From contig NIVC01002050.1 of NCBI GenBank assembly GCA_002269645.1, forward strand, positions 62,001 to 126,000: a stretch of DNA of 64,000 nt. The letters run 5' to 3'. This document shows, in pieces, positions 1-11,388 of the stretch. Made by a program: the position numbers and the translations under genes. Numbering within the stretch: position 1 is the stretch's first letter; each line of letters opens with the position of its first letter. Origin of the DNA: Macrostomum lignano (taxonomy: Eukaryota). The notes below the pieces were generated by a model, which was given only the letters and a program-made list of their open reading frames with translations, did not search any database and was not told the origin of the DNA.

Positions 1-280
1 TGCCCTTTCTTTAACAGAGACCGGCTACGCTACCTCGGGCCGAACCCGTCCATTGACGAGGTTTGCCAGCCCGACAGCATCCCACGGCTCATCCAGTTCC
101 TTCGGGCGACTAGACGAGCCAGTTTCTTCCCAACGGAAGATCACGCTGCAGGACGGACCGGCGGACCACCCTGACCGGCCCCACGCCTCTGCCTGTCTGC
201 GGGCCTTCAGGGGCTAGCGGAATGGGCGACCCTCGCCTCCCCGCTGTGTCTACGGACCACCCTGCAGCTAAGTCAAGTCA
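1..280 (+). mobile_element. 3' end of a Loa-like non-LTR retrotransposon (ORF2 C-terminus, 3' UTR, AAGTC tail), cut by the window edge
   Basis: Frame 1 reads CPFFNRDRLRYLGPNPSIDEVCQPDSIPRLIQFLRATRRASFFPTEDHAAGRTGGPP*, which aligns with the C-terminus of ORF2 at 32061 (CPAFTRARLTYLGPHTSITEACKPENFNQLMRYLRATRRAELSFPE...GDTGGPP). The 3' UTR block and CCCTGCAGCTAAGTCAAGTCA tail are shared with that element. Confidence 0.85.
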
Positions 281-842
281 CCTGAGAATCGGCTCTCATC
301 CGCCCCCCGTCTACCACTGATCCGCCCCCGTCTACCACTGAGAATCGCCTCTGATCCGCCCAGTGGTCAATACGCATGCACTTAGATACAAAGTACTCTA
401 GACGGCCCGATTTAAAGCCAAAAAAGTTCATTCATCATGCTCAACAGTTTGACAGAGACAATTGAGTTTTCTACTGTTTATTTGATTTCAGTTTCGAGCA
501 TCTACTCGTAGAACAGCCGAACTCTTCCAGAAAGAAGAATCAGAAAAAAAGCGCCTAAAGAGTCCAGAATCCAGAAGAATTTAGCAGCAAGATTTTACAA
601 AAGAAAACTTGGTCTCCTTTTTTGCATTGTCGATGACAGCTGACGAGTAACTACTTATGTGGGTGAATCGCTTATTAAAGCAGAAAGTACGCGGCAAACT
701 GAAAACAACAGTATTTATTGGTAGTGATGAAAATTACATATTTCATGCATTATATTCATACCATTCTATATTCATACTCTAAGAGAGGTAGCGTGCTCCG
801 AGTGCTTCAGCGACGGCTTTGTCCATATTGTTAGGTTTGTGA

Positions 843-1738
843 CAGCAAAGGGCGAGTGAGGACACAGCAAGAGGGCGAGTGAGGACACAGCAAGAGGGCG
901 AGTGAGGACACAGCAAGAGGGCGAGTGAGGACACAGCAAGAGGGCGAGTGAGGACACAGCAAGAGGGCGAGTGAGGACACAGCAAGAGGGCGAGTGAGGA
1001 CACAGCAAGAGGGCGAGTGAGGACACAGCAAGAGGGCGAGTGAGGACACAGCAAGAGGGCGAGTGAGGACACAGTACTCAGAGTGAGGACACAGTACTCA
1101 GAGTGAGGGCACAGTACTCAGAGTGAGGACACAGTACTCAGAGTGAGGGCACAGTACTCAGAGTGAGGACACAGTACTCAGAGTGAGGGCACAGTACTCA
1201 GAGTGAGGGCACAGTACTCAGAGTGAGGGCACAGTACTCAGAGTGAGGACACAGTACTCAGAGTGAGGGCACAGTACTCAGAGTGAGGGCACAGTACTCA
1301 GAGTGAGGACACAGTACTCAGAGTGAGGACACAGTACTCAGAGTGAGGGCACAGTACTCAGAGTGAGGACACAGTACTCAGAGTGAGGGCACAGTACTCA
1401 GAGTGAGGAAACAGTACTCAGAGTGAGGGCACAGTACTCAGAGTGAGGGCACAGTACTCAGAGTGAGGACACAGTACTCAGAGTGAGGGCACAGTACTCA
1501 GAGTGAGGACACAGTACTCAGAGTGAGGGCACAGTACTCAGAGTGAGGACTCTTACTCACAGTAAGAGGGCCAGTGAGGACACAGTAAGAGGGCCAGTGA
1601 GGACACAGTAAGAGGGCCAGTGAGAGGACACAGTAAGAGGGCCAGTGAGGACACAGTACTCAGAGTGAGGACACAGTAAGAGGGCCAGTGAGGACACAGT
1701 ACTCAGAGTGAGGACACAGTAAGAGGGCCAGTGAGAAC
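843..1738. repeat. Compound minisatellite (23-bp, 20-bp and 23-bp unit blocks sharing the core AGTGAGGACACAG)
   Basis: GAGGGCGAGTGAGGACACAGCAA (~843-1075), GTACTCAGAGTGAGG(A/G)CACA (~1075-1550), AGTAAGAGGGCCAGTGAGGACAC (~1560-1738). Confidence 0.95.
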
Positions 1739-2297
1739 TGAGGATGAGGCTCAACAAGAATACGTGGGTGAGTTTGAAGTGCTGAGCTGCCAGGGCTCAT
1801 TCTGACTGCAAGCCGGGCACGCAGGGTTAAAAAAGACAAATGACAAGCAAGCGGACATGCAGGGTTAGTCAGACCAACAAACATGCGTAAGTTTTTTATC
1901 CAAAATTTAGGAATGAGTTAGAAACCTATTTTGCACTTATTTGCGAAAAAAATTGGTTAATTAATCAAATAGTAAAGACTGGCTGTAGGAGGGGTAGCAT
2001 TATAGTGCATAGCTTTGATCCTTACAGGTACGAAATTCGCGTGAATAGATAGATATTCAGGTAAATAATGTCAATATCAATCTAACTGCTTCTTATGCTG
2101 ATGAGCTAATTAGTAATTATTCATAGGGGTCACTGGGGATGGGGGCGTTTAGTTCTCCAGCATTCACCCGGTATTTGATATCCGCCGGTGTCTCAGGGGT
2201 GAATGGTAGAAATGAAGATTTGTACTTTTTTATCAATTTCCCCTACTAATTTCCGGCTGCAGCATCTGCTTTGTCTAAGAGACTACAAAACTGATTG

Positions 2298-2532
2298 ACC
2301 ATGGTTCGAGCTGTCAGTAGAATACCCCTCATTCAGGTTCGGGCTGTCAGTAGAATACCCCTCAGTCAGGTTCGGGCTGTCAGTAGAATACCCCTCAGTC
2401 AGGTTCGGGCTGTCAGTAGAATACCCCTCAGTCAGGTTCGGGCTGTCAGTAGAATACCCCTCAGTCAGGTTCGGGCTGTCAGTAGAATACCCCTCAGTCA
2501 GGTTCGGGCTGTCAGTAGAATACCCCTCAGTC
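2298..2532. repeat. 33-bp minisatellite (~7 copies) starting at the stop codon of the C2 gene
   Basis: Minus-strand unit GACTGAGGGGTATTCTACTGACAGCCCGAACCT; the first copy supplies the last codon (GAC) and the TGA stop. Confidence 0.95.
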
Positions 2533-5500
2533 CGACGGCACAATGCCCAGCCAGGTGGTAGCGGGCTTGGCCTCACGCACGAAGTCCTTCATGGCCTCGC
2601 GCATCAGGTCCGACTCGTCCCCTCTGCCCGTGTAGGCCAGCTCAATCTTGCCGATCAGAGTCTCCTCCGGCGGGCCGCCCACAGCCGGAGCCGTCAGGTG
2701 CTGCTGCTGCTGCTGCTGCTCCAGCTCTTTAGCTGCCGCGGTCACCGAGCAGCTCGAAGCCCGACGCCCGGCGGCGCAGTAAATTAGCAGCTGGATTCTG
2801 ACGTCCTTGCGCTGCTCCTTCGTCACCTTGAATTGAAAGGACTCCTTCAGCTTCACCGGCTTGCCCTCCGAGCATTGATGGTGCGAGGACATCTTGTTCT
2901 CCTCCTTCACGTCGCCCTGGAATCGCTTCAGCTTTACGTAAATATCTGCAGAGGGCGACGGTTGGGGTGGCGTGGGGTGAAAATCGAAGTCGATTAGAGT
3001 GGAGTGGAAGGCGAGGTTGGCTGGGGTGGAGTGGAAGGCGAGGTTGATTGGGGTGGAGTGGAAGGCGAGGTTGGCTGGGGTGGAGTGGAAGGCGAGGTTG
3101 ATTGGGGTGGAGTGGAAGGCGAGGTTGGCTGGGGTGGAGTGGAAGGCGAGGTTGGCTGGGGTGGAGTGGAAGGCGAGGTTGGCTGGGGTGGAGTGGAAGG
3201 CGAGGTTGGCTGGGGTGGAGTGGAAGGCGAGGTTGGCTGGGGTGGAGTGGAAGGCGAGGTTGGCTGGGGTGGAGTGGAAGGTGGGGTAGGCTGGGGGTGG
3301 AGGGCTTCCTGGAGGCACATCAAGGCAGTATTTATTTAGAGAGGGGAAGAGTGGGGGTAGGGCAGGTTGAGACGAGCTAAAAATTAGCTTGTTGCTAGCG
3401 ATTGATAAGGAACCATTGCCAATTAAATTAGATTTGCTTTGCTGTCTCCTGTGTGTATGCTTGAATGCTCAAGGACCCGCAATTTGTCAGTGAATTTTAG
3501 CAAAAACTACTTCCGTATGGCTAGGTTTCAATTGAGCAGCTCATCTATTGATCTCGGCCGAGGGTTGGTGGGTTGGGCCATGGAAACAGGCTAGCAACTG
3601 ACTCTCTTACTGCTCCCCCCCCAAATTATTTAGTGCTAATCTTCTTCGAGAGGACAGCTGGTCAATCTGAGCTGTCTCAAAGTGCTCGCGAGATGTCGAG
3701 CGGTTCTATAGAGCCTTGACGTCATGCAGCGTGCTTTAATAACTGTAGCGACCGGTGACAAGGGGAGACTGAGTAAGCAGATTGAACTCGATAATGTTGA
3801 CTGAGCCCCACTTCTCGCTCTGTGAGCACCACTCCTCATGCGCTTTGGTCATAGAGATCGTGCTGCCGCATGCCTTTGGCTGGCCAATGATATTGGAAGA
3901 GTGCATTGTGTGCGACCCTTCAGCTGTGCCTTCCTGGCGAATACTGCTCGGGTGACATTCTCTGAGCCTGAGTCACCTGTCCATTGTCATGTCAGTCTCT
4001 GTTTGCCTGAGTCACCTGTCCATTGTCATGTCAGTCTCTGTTTGCCTGAGTCACCTGTCCACTGCCATGTCAGTCTCTGTTTGCCTGTGTCACCTGTCCA
4101 TTGTCATGTCAGTCTCTGTTTGCCTGAGTCACCTGTCCATTGTCATGTCAGTCTCTGTTTGCCTGAGTCACCTGTCCACTGCCATGTCAGTCTCTGTTTG
4201 CCTGTGTCACCTGTCCATTGTCATGTCAGTCTCTGTTTTCCTGAGTCACCTGTCCATTGTCATGTCAGTCTCTGTTTGCCTGAGTCACCTGTCCATTGTC
4301 ATGTCAGTCTCTGTTTGCCTGAGTCACCTGTCCACTGCCATGTCAGTCTCTGTTTGCCTGTGTCACCTGTCCATTGTCATGTCAGTCTCTGTTTGCCTGA
4401 GTCACCTGTCCGCTGCCATGTCAGTCTCTGTTTGCCTGAGTCACCTGTCCACTGCCATGTCATTCTCTGTTTGCCTGTGTCACCTGTCCACTGCCATGTC
4501 AGTCTCTGTTTGCCTGTCTGCTTTACTTAAGTGCCTGCTTAATGTCTTAGTATCTTAGTGCCTTAGTATCTTAATGTCTTAGTATCTTAGTATCTTAGTG
4601 CCTTAGTATCTTAATGTCTTAGTGTCTTAGTATCTTAGTGTCTTAGTATCTTAGTGTCTTAGTATCTTAGTGTCTTAGTGTCTAAGGCACTTAGTATCTT
4701 AATGTCTTAATATCTTAGTGTTTTAGTGTCTTAGTGTATTAGTATCTTAGTGCCTTAGTATCTCAGTATCTTAATGTCTTTGTCTTTGTCGTAGTGCCTT
4801 AGTGCTTTAGTGTCTTAGCGTTTGTCTCTGCCAGTCCTACATTAAGGTTATTGTATCAGTCCATCTGTCTCACTTTCTCACTTAGCTCCCTCGATCTCCA
4901 GGGATCACGCACCAGTCTGTGCTATAAATCGCTACAGTGGATCATGCTTAAAGCTTCTTATCAGGTGAGAATATGCGGAACATGAGCTTTCAGGATTTCC
5001 AGCTGCTGGCCCCCCTTGGCAGAGAAGTTGATCATTATTTCACAGGCGCTGTGCAATGCGAGTTCGATACAATACTCTTTCAACAGAAGCTAGCATGAAA
5101 TCCTTATTGGAAATCGACTTTTAACAGTGCATTATACCATAGCATAGCAGTTTAATGCTATCAAATATGCTGATTTATGTACTGACTGTACCTTTGAACA
5201 TTTGAAAATTCAAAGATTCTCTGCGAAATAAAACAGTTGACAACTGTGGTACCGCCGAATCCCACGATGATACATCGGCCTTGTTGACCTGAGGCTGAGT
5301 GGCCAGTGAGCTGAGGCTGGGTGGCCAGTGAGCTGAGGCTGGGTGGCCAGTGACCTGAGGCTGGGTGGCCAGTGACCTGGGGCTGGGTGGCCAGTGACCT
5401 GAGGCTGGGTGGCCAGTGAGCTGAGGCTGGGTGGGCCAGTGACCTGAGGCTGGGTGGCCAGTGACCTAAAGCTGGGTGGCCAGTGAGCTGAGGCTGAGTG

Positions 5501-8214
5501 GCCAGTGACCTGAGGCTGGGTGGGCCAGTGACCTGAGGCTGGGTGGCCAGTGAGCTGAGGCTGGGTGGGCCACCCGGCGGTAAAAATCACGTCGAAATGA
5601 CGTCGATATTCGCCTTTTAAAGACTATCGCCGAATTAGTTGTCGGTTGAACCTTCATTCGACGTCGAAATTTCGATATGAATTATTTTATCTTCTCATTT
5701 GCCAAATATATCATTTATGATATTTTACAATGTTTTCTTCAACGTGATTGCGAGTTTACAAAATTGACCTAAAAATTCAGTACAACAGAGGTTATATTTT
5801 TTGTTTTAACTCAGCGCTAGATACGCGCATTTTTTTAAAATATCGCCATGCGATGTCGATTTATTATTTTTGATGCCTAACTTATATACATAAATGTTTA
5901 ACTTATACTTCTGTATTACGCATGGCAGCTTCTTCCTTTCAATGCATTTTTTATATTTGTCGCTGTATTAATGTGTGATTGTGTGTCATAAATTGTGTGT
6001 ATAATTTGGTTTAACATAATATTGCTGCCTAGAGTTTTAATCGTTTATATATGTATAAGCGAATCAATAAAGTAGCCATAAATTTTTTATTGTTTGTTTT
6101 GCTGTCATTGCTGTTAATTATCTTTCCAGTCAAGAGGAACAACAAAGATAATTGTTCATTTTCCTCTTTTATTTGCTTTGCTGTTATTGTTACTTCTCAT
6201 TTTTTATTTCACATTTTACATTTTTGAGTGTAGTTCTAGTTAGACTCAATATCATCTTTTGTCCATTATGTCATGCTTTTGCTAGTTCTTTATCAAGTCA
6301 AAATTGCAGAAAGTAAAGAAGTTGTAGTTTGTGTTTGTAGCATATGCTCATAGTTACAGTAAAAACTAAATTGCAATGGCCAAATAATTGCTGAGCTCTA
6401 AGCAAAAGAAGAAATAATTAAAATAAAGACTGATAGAATAAATATATTTTGTATGTAGTTTTTATAATTGCTTATAAACCCTACCGTTCTTTAGTATGAT
6501 GCTATTAGATGTATGTAGTTTAGTATATCAGAGCAGACCATTTTTAGTATATATATTTTGAGATTAGAGATTTAGTATAGGTGCATTTATTATATTTAGA
6601 TGTTGCTATTGATTAAGTGTAACTACTGTATTAAATGTATACTCTGTTGCCATTGCGTGTATCCGTGTATCATTGCTCACAGTTTTTCATCGTTTTTTTC
6701 TCATCGTTGCTTTCTGTTCGCAATTGCTGGATGCCGATTTCCATGATCGTTTCCAATTGCTGCTGAATTGGAATTGAATACACGGTACTATACTTTTTTC
6801 ATGGTTGCAAGATTATTGCAATTTGCGCGGATAGCAAATGAAACGTCAGCCCTATTTAGCATTTTTATGCCTTAACACTTCTTTTACTGCTTAGAGTATT
6901 TCAGCGTATGAGTTATAAAACTTATGTTCCGTCAGCTGTAAGTTACGTACATGTAGTTTATGGCTAATTGTATGAAACATTGCTCTAGCATATTAATAAT
7001 ATTAAGTACTAGTATTAATAGCCATAATATTAAAATCGAAAATTTGTCGAAAATCGCCATTTACTTTCTGTGATCGACGAGTATAAACGACGTCGATTTT
7101 TCGCCATCAATAGTGGAAAACACGACGTCGCATACTCGACATCTGATGGCGAAAATTTCGACGTCGAAATCGTGGTTCAAATCGACATGAAATTTCGACG
7201 TCGCTTTTCGACGTCATTTCGACGTGATTTTTACCGCCGGGCAGTGACCTGAGGCTGGGTGGCCAGTGACCTGAGGCTGGGTGGGCCAGTGACCTGAGGC
7301 TGGGTGGGCCAGTGACCTGAGGCTGGGTGGGCCAGTGACCTGAGGCTGAGTGGCCAGTGACCTGAGGCTGGGTGGGCCAGTGACCTGAGGCTGGGTGGGC
7401 CAGTGAGCTGAGGCTGGGTGGCCAGTGACCTGAGGCTGGGTGGGCCAGTGACCTGAGGCTGAGTGGCCAGTGACCTGAGGCTGGGTGGGCCAGTGACCTG
7501 AGGCTGAGTGGCCAGTGACCTGAGGCTGGGTGGGCCAGTGACCTGAGGCTGAGTGGCCAGTGACTTGAGGCTGAGTGGCCAGTGACCTGAGGCTGAGTGG
7601 CCAGTGACCTGAGGCTGGGTGGGCCAGTGACCTGAGGCTGAGTGGCCAGTGACCTGAGGCTGGGTGGGCCAGTGACCTGAGGCTGAGTGGCCAGTGACCT
7701 GAGGCTGAGTGGCCAGTGACCTGAGACTGGGTGGCCAGTGACCTGAGCACGCGGCCCCAACTCACCCTTATTGCTGGCGAGCCGGACCTGATCGATCTCG
7801 TTCACGGTAACCACCAGACGCTCCAGCATCTCGTAATAGGTCAGGCTAATGTTGATGAGGCCGGCGGTCAGCCCAGCCTCCACAGGCTTGATGGACTGGC
7901 TGAGGTTGCGCCACATGGTGACCGGCTGGCCGGAGCTGGCGTTGGCCTGGCCGAACTCGCGCATGGAGTAGAAAGCCTGGCCGATCAGCTTGTGCCGGCC
8001 GTCCGGGGCCGCGTCCAGCAGTGTGAAGTGCAGGCAGCACTTAGCCAGGAAGCTGCGCTGCACCTGCGAGATGGGATTGATGAGGCTGTGTGATTCATTA
8101 AATATATTTGCTGAGGTACAAGGGTCAAGCATCGCCAAGCAAATCCATAGCACTTGTTGCCAGCGAGAGGGTCAAACTACGGCATTGGTATGTGGGACTG
8201 GAGATGCTCCTGCA

Positions 8215-8304
<90 letters not shown>

Positions 8305-11300
8305 AAGACGGATCGTAGATTTCAATTTCTATTGCAAAACCCGATTCACTGATTATTTTTTAACATCAAGGAAAGAGTTCACAAAAAGAGTTCCATCTAG
8401 AAATCCTATTAAACAGTCCACAGTCTCTCTGGGTGAGCTGAAGCAATGCAGAGTTAAGTGTCTTGCTCAAGGATACAAATTATTCCGAGCGAGTTGAGAA
8501 TCGAACCCCCGACCTTTCAGTCGTGAGCCCGACGCTACAACTATACAAAAAGTTTACGTAATACATTGTAGTATCAAATTCTTCTCAATAATCAAAACAG
8601 TTTGTTAGAATCTTGAGAATCAATTTTACTTTTTCACATAGAACCCATTACCGTATGCAGAAAGCCTAGTCCAGACTAGCTAGTCCGGACTTGTGTAGTT
8701 CAGTCTATAGTCTATGGTCCAGCTAGCATAGTTCTGCTATAGTAGACTGGTCTAACTTTGCGTTTCTGCATACCAAATCCAAGTCCAGGCTAGCTTTTCA
8801 AGACCGGACTACCCTAGACAGAGCTTTCTGCATACGGCCCAAAGTTGTCAAAATAAGAGGTAATACAAAAACAAACCTTCGTCTTGCCCATGAAGAATTT
8901 GCAGAGACAGCGCAGCCGCTGACACACTGGCCAAGAACTTATTCTTCTGTTCCTCGTTCAGCTCAGACTCAGAGGCGCTACCTGAGGTGCTCTCATGAAG
9001 ATCAATCAGGAGCCCATGGGACCCGCGGCCTTAGCCTCATCGGCCTCGGCACCACAAATCTGGGGAAAAACTTTCACTGCTTGCTACAGTGAGCCGAATC
9101 TATCATTATGGAGCTCTAGTGCTGAGCCCCATAATTACTACAGGTAATTTGGGGACCTGAGAAAATGCAGGGAGCGACCTCAGCTTTCTGCCTGAGTCTT
9201 CGGTTTTCATGCAATTATTTCTAGTCTGGAACTTGAGTTCGCCTTCGCATCCGCGATTCGCTAACCTCTGCCCATCTCACACCACTACGGATTCCCCATC
9301 CCATCCGCAATTCCCCATCCCATCCGCGATTCCCCATCCCATCCGCAATTCCCATCCCATCTGCAATTCCCAATCCCATCTGCGATTCCCCATCCCATCC
9401 GCGATTCCCCATCCCATCCGCGATTCCCCATCCCATCCGCAATTCCCCATCCCATCCGCGATTCCCAATCCCATCCGCGATTCCCCATCCCATCCGCAAT
9501 TCCCCATCCCATCCGCGATTCCCCATCCCATCCGCAATTCCCCATCCCATCCGCAATTCCCCATCCCATCCGCAATTCCCTATCCCATCCGCAATTCCCC
9601 ATCCCATCCTAATCGCGTCATACGTAGATGGCAGGGCAGCCTTCGTTCAGGATTTGTTATTCAATTGTGGGCTTATGTTGTTGCCATGCAGTTTCCAATA
9701 AAATGAAATGCTTTTTGCTTCAAAATGGAAGGAAAGACTGCCTCTCACGGACATTGTCTTTCAACAATGGATATTTTTAGCGCAGATGCAGCGATAGAGA
9801 ATTAAAAAAAACGAGGCTTGTCGGGGACGAGTGGGAAAATTCACCTGCTTCTGATGAAGAGCCCGAGACGCAGCCTCTCTCGCCCAAACCTATTATACTA
9901 ATGCTCACTGCTGCAGACGTCAAAAAACGTCTTGTTCGGCAACCAAAGCACCACCCTAACATCGGGAGCAGTGGTTTTGGCCGGGCCTAATTAATTCCTG
10001 GCCTGTTGACCGGCGACCAATTTACTACTACTCAAAGATAATGCTGGGCAAATCTCTGCACTGCAGGCAGCGCTAGTCATGTGATCAGATCTTGCCTGAG
10101 GAGGCCGTGAGAAGAATATATACTGCTCCCAGAAGTGCGTGCAGTTGGGTCACCTCGCAATAATTCTTAGTACACCTACAAAATATGACAATAGCTCGTA
10201 CCATCCCGATAGCCTTCAGTGTGATTTCATAACACTGTCTAGCTGCTCTCACACCACTGTCCAGCTGCTCTCACACCACTGTCCAGCTGCTCTCACACCA
10301 CTGTCTAGCTGCTCTCACACCACTGTCCAGCTGCTCTCACACCACTGTCCAGCTGCTCTCACACCACTGTCTAGCTGCTCTCACACCACTGTCCAGCTGC
10401 TCTCACACCACTGTCTAGCTGCTCTCACACCACTGTCCATCTGCTCTCACACCACTGTCCATCTACTCTCACACCACTGTCCATCTGCTCTCACACCACT
10501 GTCCATCTGCTCTCACACCACTGTCCATCTACTCTCACACCACTGTCCATCTACTCTCACACCACTGTCCATCTACTCTCACACCACTGTCCATCTACTC
10601 TCACACCACTGTCCAGCTGCTCTCACACCACTGTCCAGCTGCTCTTACACCACTGTCCATCTATTCTCACACCACTGTCCATCTACTCTCACACCACTGT
10701 CCAGCTGCTCTCACACCACTGTCCATCTACTCTCACACAACTGTCCATCTGCTTTCACACAACTGTCCAGCTGCTCTCACACAACTGTCCATCTGCTCTC
10801 ACACCACTGTCCCACTTGATTTTGTAGGCTCCATCCCTGCCCTGAGGTAAGCTCAAGCATTCTTTCGCTGCTCGGATCTTAATAATTTTCTGACTCAGGA
10901 TAATTACTTAAAGCTCCCTAGGGCAGGTTTGGTTTGATGCAAGTAATTATTATAATAGATTTGTATTTACTTGTACCAGCAGATAAGCTACTTGTACGCA
11001 CCTCGAACGTGAAAGTCTCATTGAAGTCCGGATTATTGTTGGCCTTCTTAACCTTGGTCTGCACCTGGCGACTGCAGAACGGAGTGAGCTCCACCTGGGC
11101 CAGGGGCGAGCACGCAGAGTTGGTGAATTTCCTGGCCCGGCTGTACAGGTTGCGGGCCTTCAGCAGGCAGACCTCGAGTTTGTTTGTATCAAGGAAGCGG
11201 ACGCGGAACCAGATCCGGCCGATGTGCTCCTCGGACACTTCGTACACCTCGTCCTGATCGAAGTTCAGGTACAAACTGGGATCAACTCGACCGATGTCGT

Positions 11301-11388
11301 TGCAGGTGTGCCGTTTGGTGAACTGCTTCCCGTTAGGGATCACGAAGGGCACATCGGCGTGGCCTGAGCGCGAACCGTCTGACTGCAT
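2527..11388 (-). CDS. Tandem C2-domain (synaptotagmin-like, probably Ca2+-independent) protein, 3 exons
   Basis: Exons 11388-11002 (GAG|gtgcgt), 8063-7766 (cag|GTG ... G|gtgagt), 2945-2527 (cag|AT); phases match. Spliced protein reads ...NPDFNETFTFE-VQRSFLAKCCLHFTLLD...HKLIGQ (C2A) and GLINISLTYYEMLERLVVTV...KD-IYVKL...ESFQFKV...LIGKIEL (C2B). No transmembrane segment is seen, and an upstream exon cannot be excluded. Confidence 0.8.
2990..3290. repeat. 27-bp intronic minisatellite next to a 3' splice site
   Basis: Unit GGGGTGGAGTGGAAGGCGAGGTTGGCT, ~11 copies, ending ~45 nt from the acceptor at 2946. Confidence 0.95.
3965..4515. repeat. 39-bp minisatellite (~14 copies)
   Basis: Unit CCTGAGTCACCTGTCCATTGTCATGTCAGTCTCTGTTTG. 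Confidence 0.95.
4545..4815. repeat. Degenerate 9-bp tandem repeat
   Basis: TAGTGTCTT/TAGTATCTT units. Confidence 0.85.
5285..7746. repeat. 22/23-bp minisatellite split in two (5285-5572 and 7242-7746) by a transposon insertion
   Basis: Unit GTGACCTGAGGCTGGGTGG(G)CCA on both sides of the 5573-7241 element. Confidence 0.95.
5573..7241. mobile_element. Non-autonomous DNA transposon, CCC...GGG termini, 34-bp TIR, 2-bp (CA) target duplication; possibly CMC/EnSpm-like
   Basis: Left end CCCGGCGGTAAAAATCACGTCGAAATGACGTCGA is the exact reverse complement of 7208-7241. Flanks read ...GGGC-CA[element]CA-GTGACC inside the repeat unit GGGCCAGTGACC. Subterminal CGACGTCG palindromes; AT-rich non-coding interior. 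Confidence 0.9.
8218..8301. repeat. (CT)n microsatellite
   Basis: About 42 CT units in intron 1 of the C2 gene. Confidence 0.98.
8400..8546 (-). mobile_element. tRNA-derived SINE with a CORE/Meta-like central domain
   Basis: Minus strand reads GTATAGTTG...CTCACGACTGAAAGGTCGGGGGTTCGATTC (tRNA-like head with B-box), then CCTTGAGCAAGACACTTAACTC...CAGCTCACCCAG, resembling the conserved central domain of metazoan SINE superfamilies. No tRNA acceptor stem. Confidence 0.65.
8651..8837. mobile_element. Small MITE-like element
   Basis: 15-bp inverted repeat CCGTATGCAGAAAGC / GCTTTCTGCATACGG with internal TAGTCC/GGACTA repeats; no target duplication recognised. Confidence 0.55.
9292..9608. repeat. 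19-bp minisatellite
   Basis: Unit CCCCATCCCATCCGC(A/G)ATT. Confidence 0.95.
10232..10812. repeat. 22-bp minisatellite
   Basis: Unit CCA(G/T)CT(G/A)CTCTCACACCACTGT, ~26 copies. Confidence 0.95.

Noticed and set aside
7990-8497. SL/ER-repeat ORFs
   Set aside because: Translations of the (CT)n microsatellite
8490-8546. Possible tRNA gene (B-box GGTTCGATTC)
   Set aside because: No acceptor stem and followed by a SINE-type central domain, so called as a SINE
8875-9010. Exon-like minus-strand stretch (…ESELNEEQKNKFLASVSAAALSLQILHGQDE) in intron 1 of the C2 gene
   Set aside because: Including it would interrupt the C2A fold, and no matching phase or homology supports it
772-10819. Many repeat-peptide ORFs (772-1072, 2283-2576, 2994-3380, 3838-4558, 5210-5590, 7214-7765, 9209-9706, 10139-10819)
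   Set aside because: They are stop-free reading frames of minisatellites lying in introns or spacers, with no non-repeat domain or splice support
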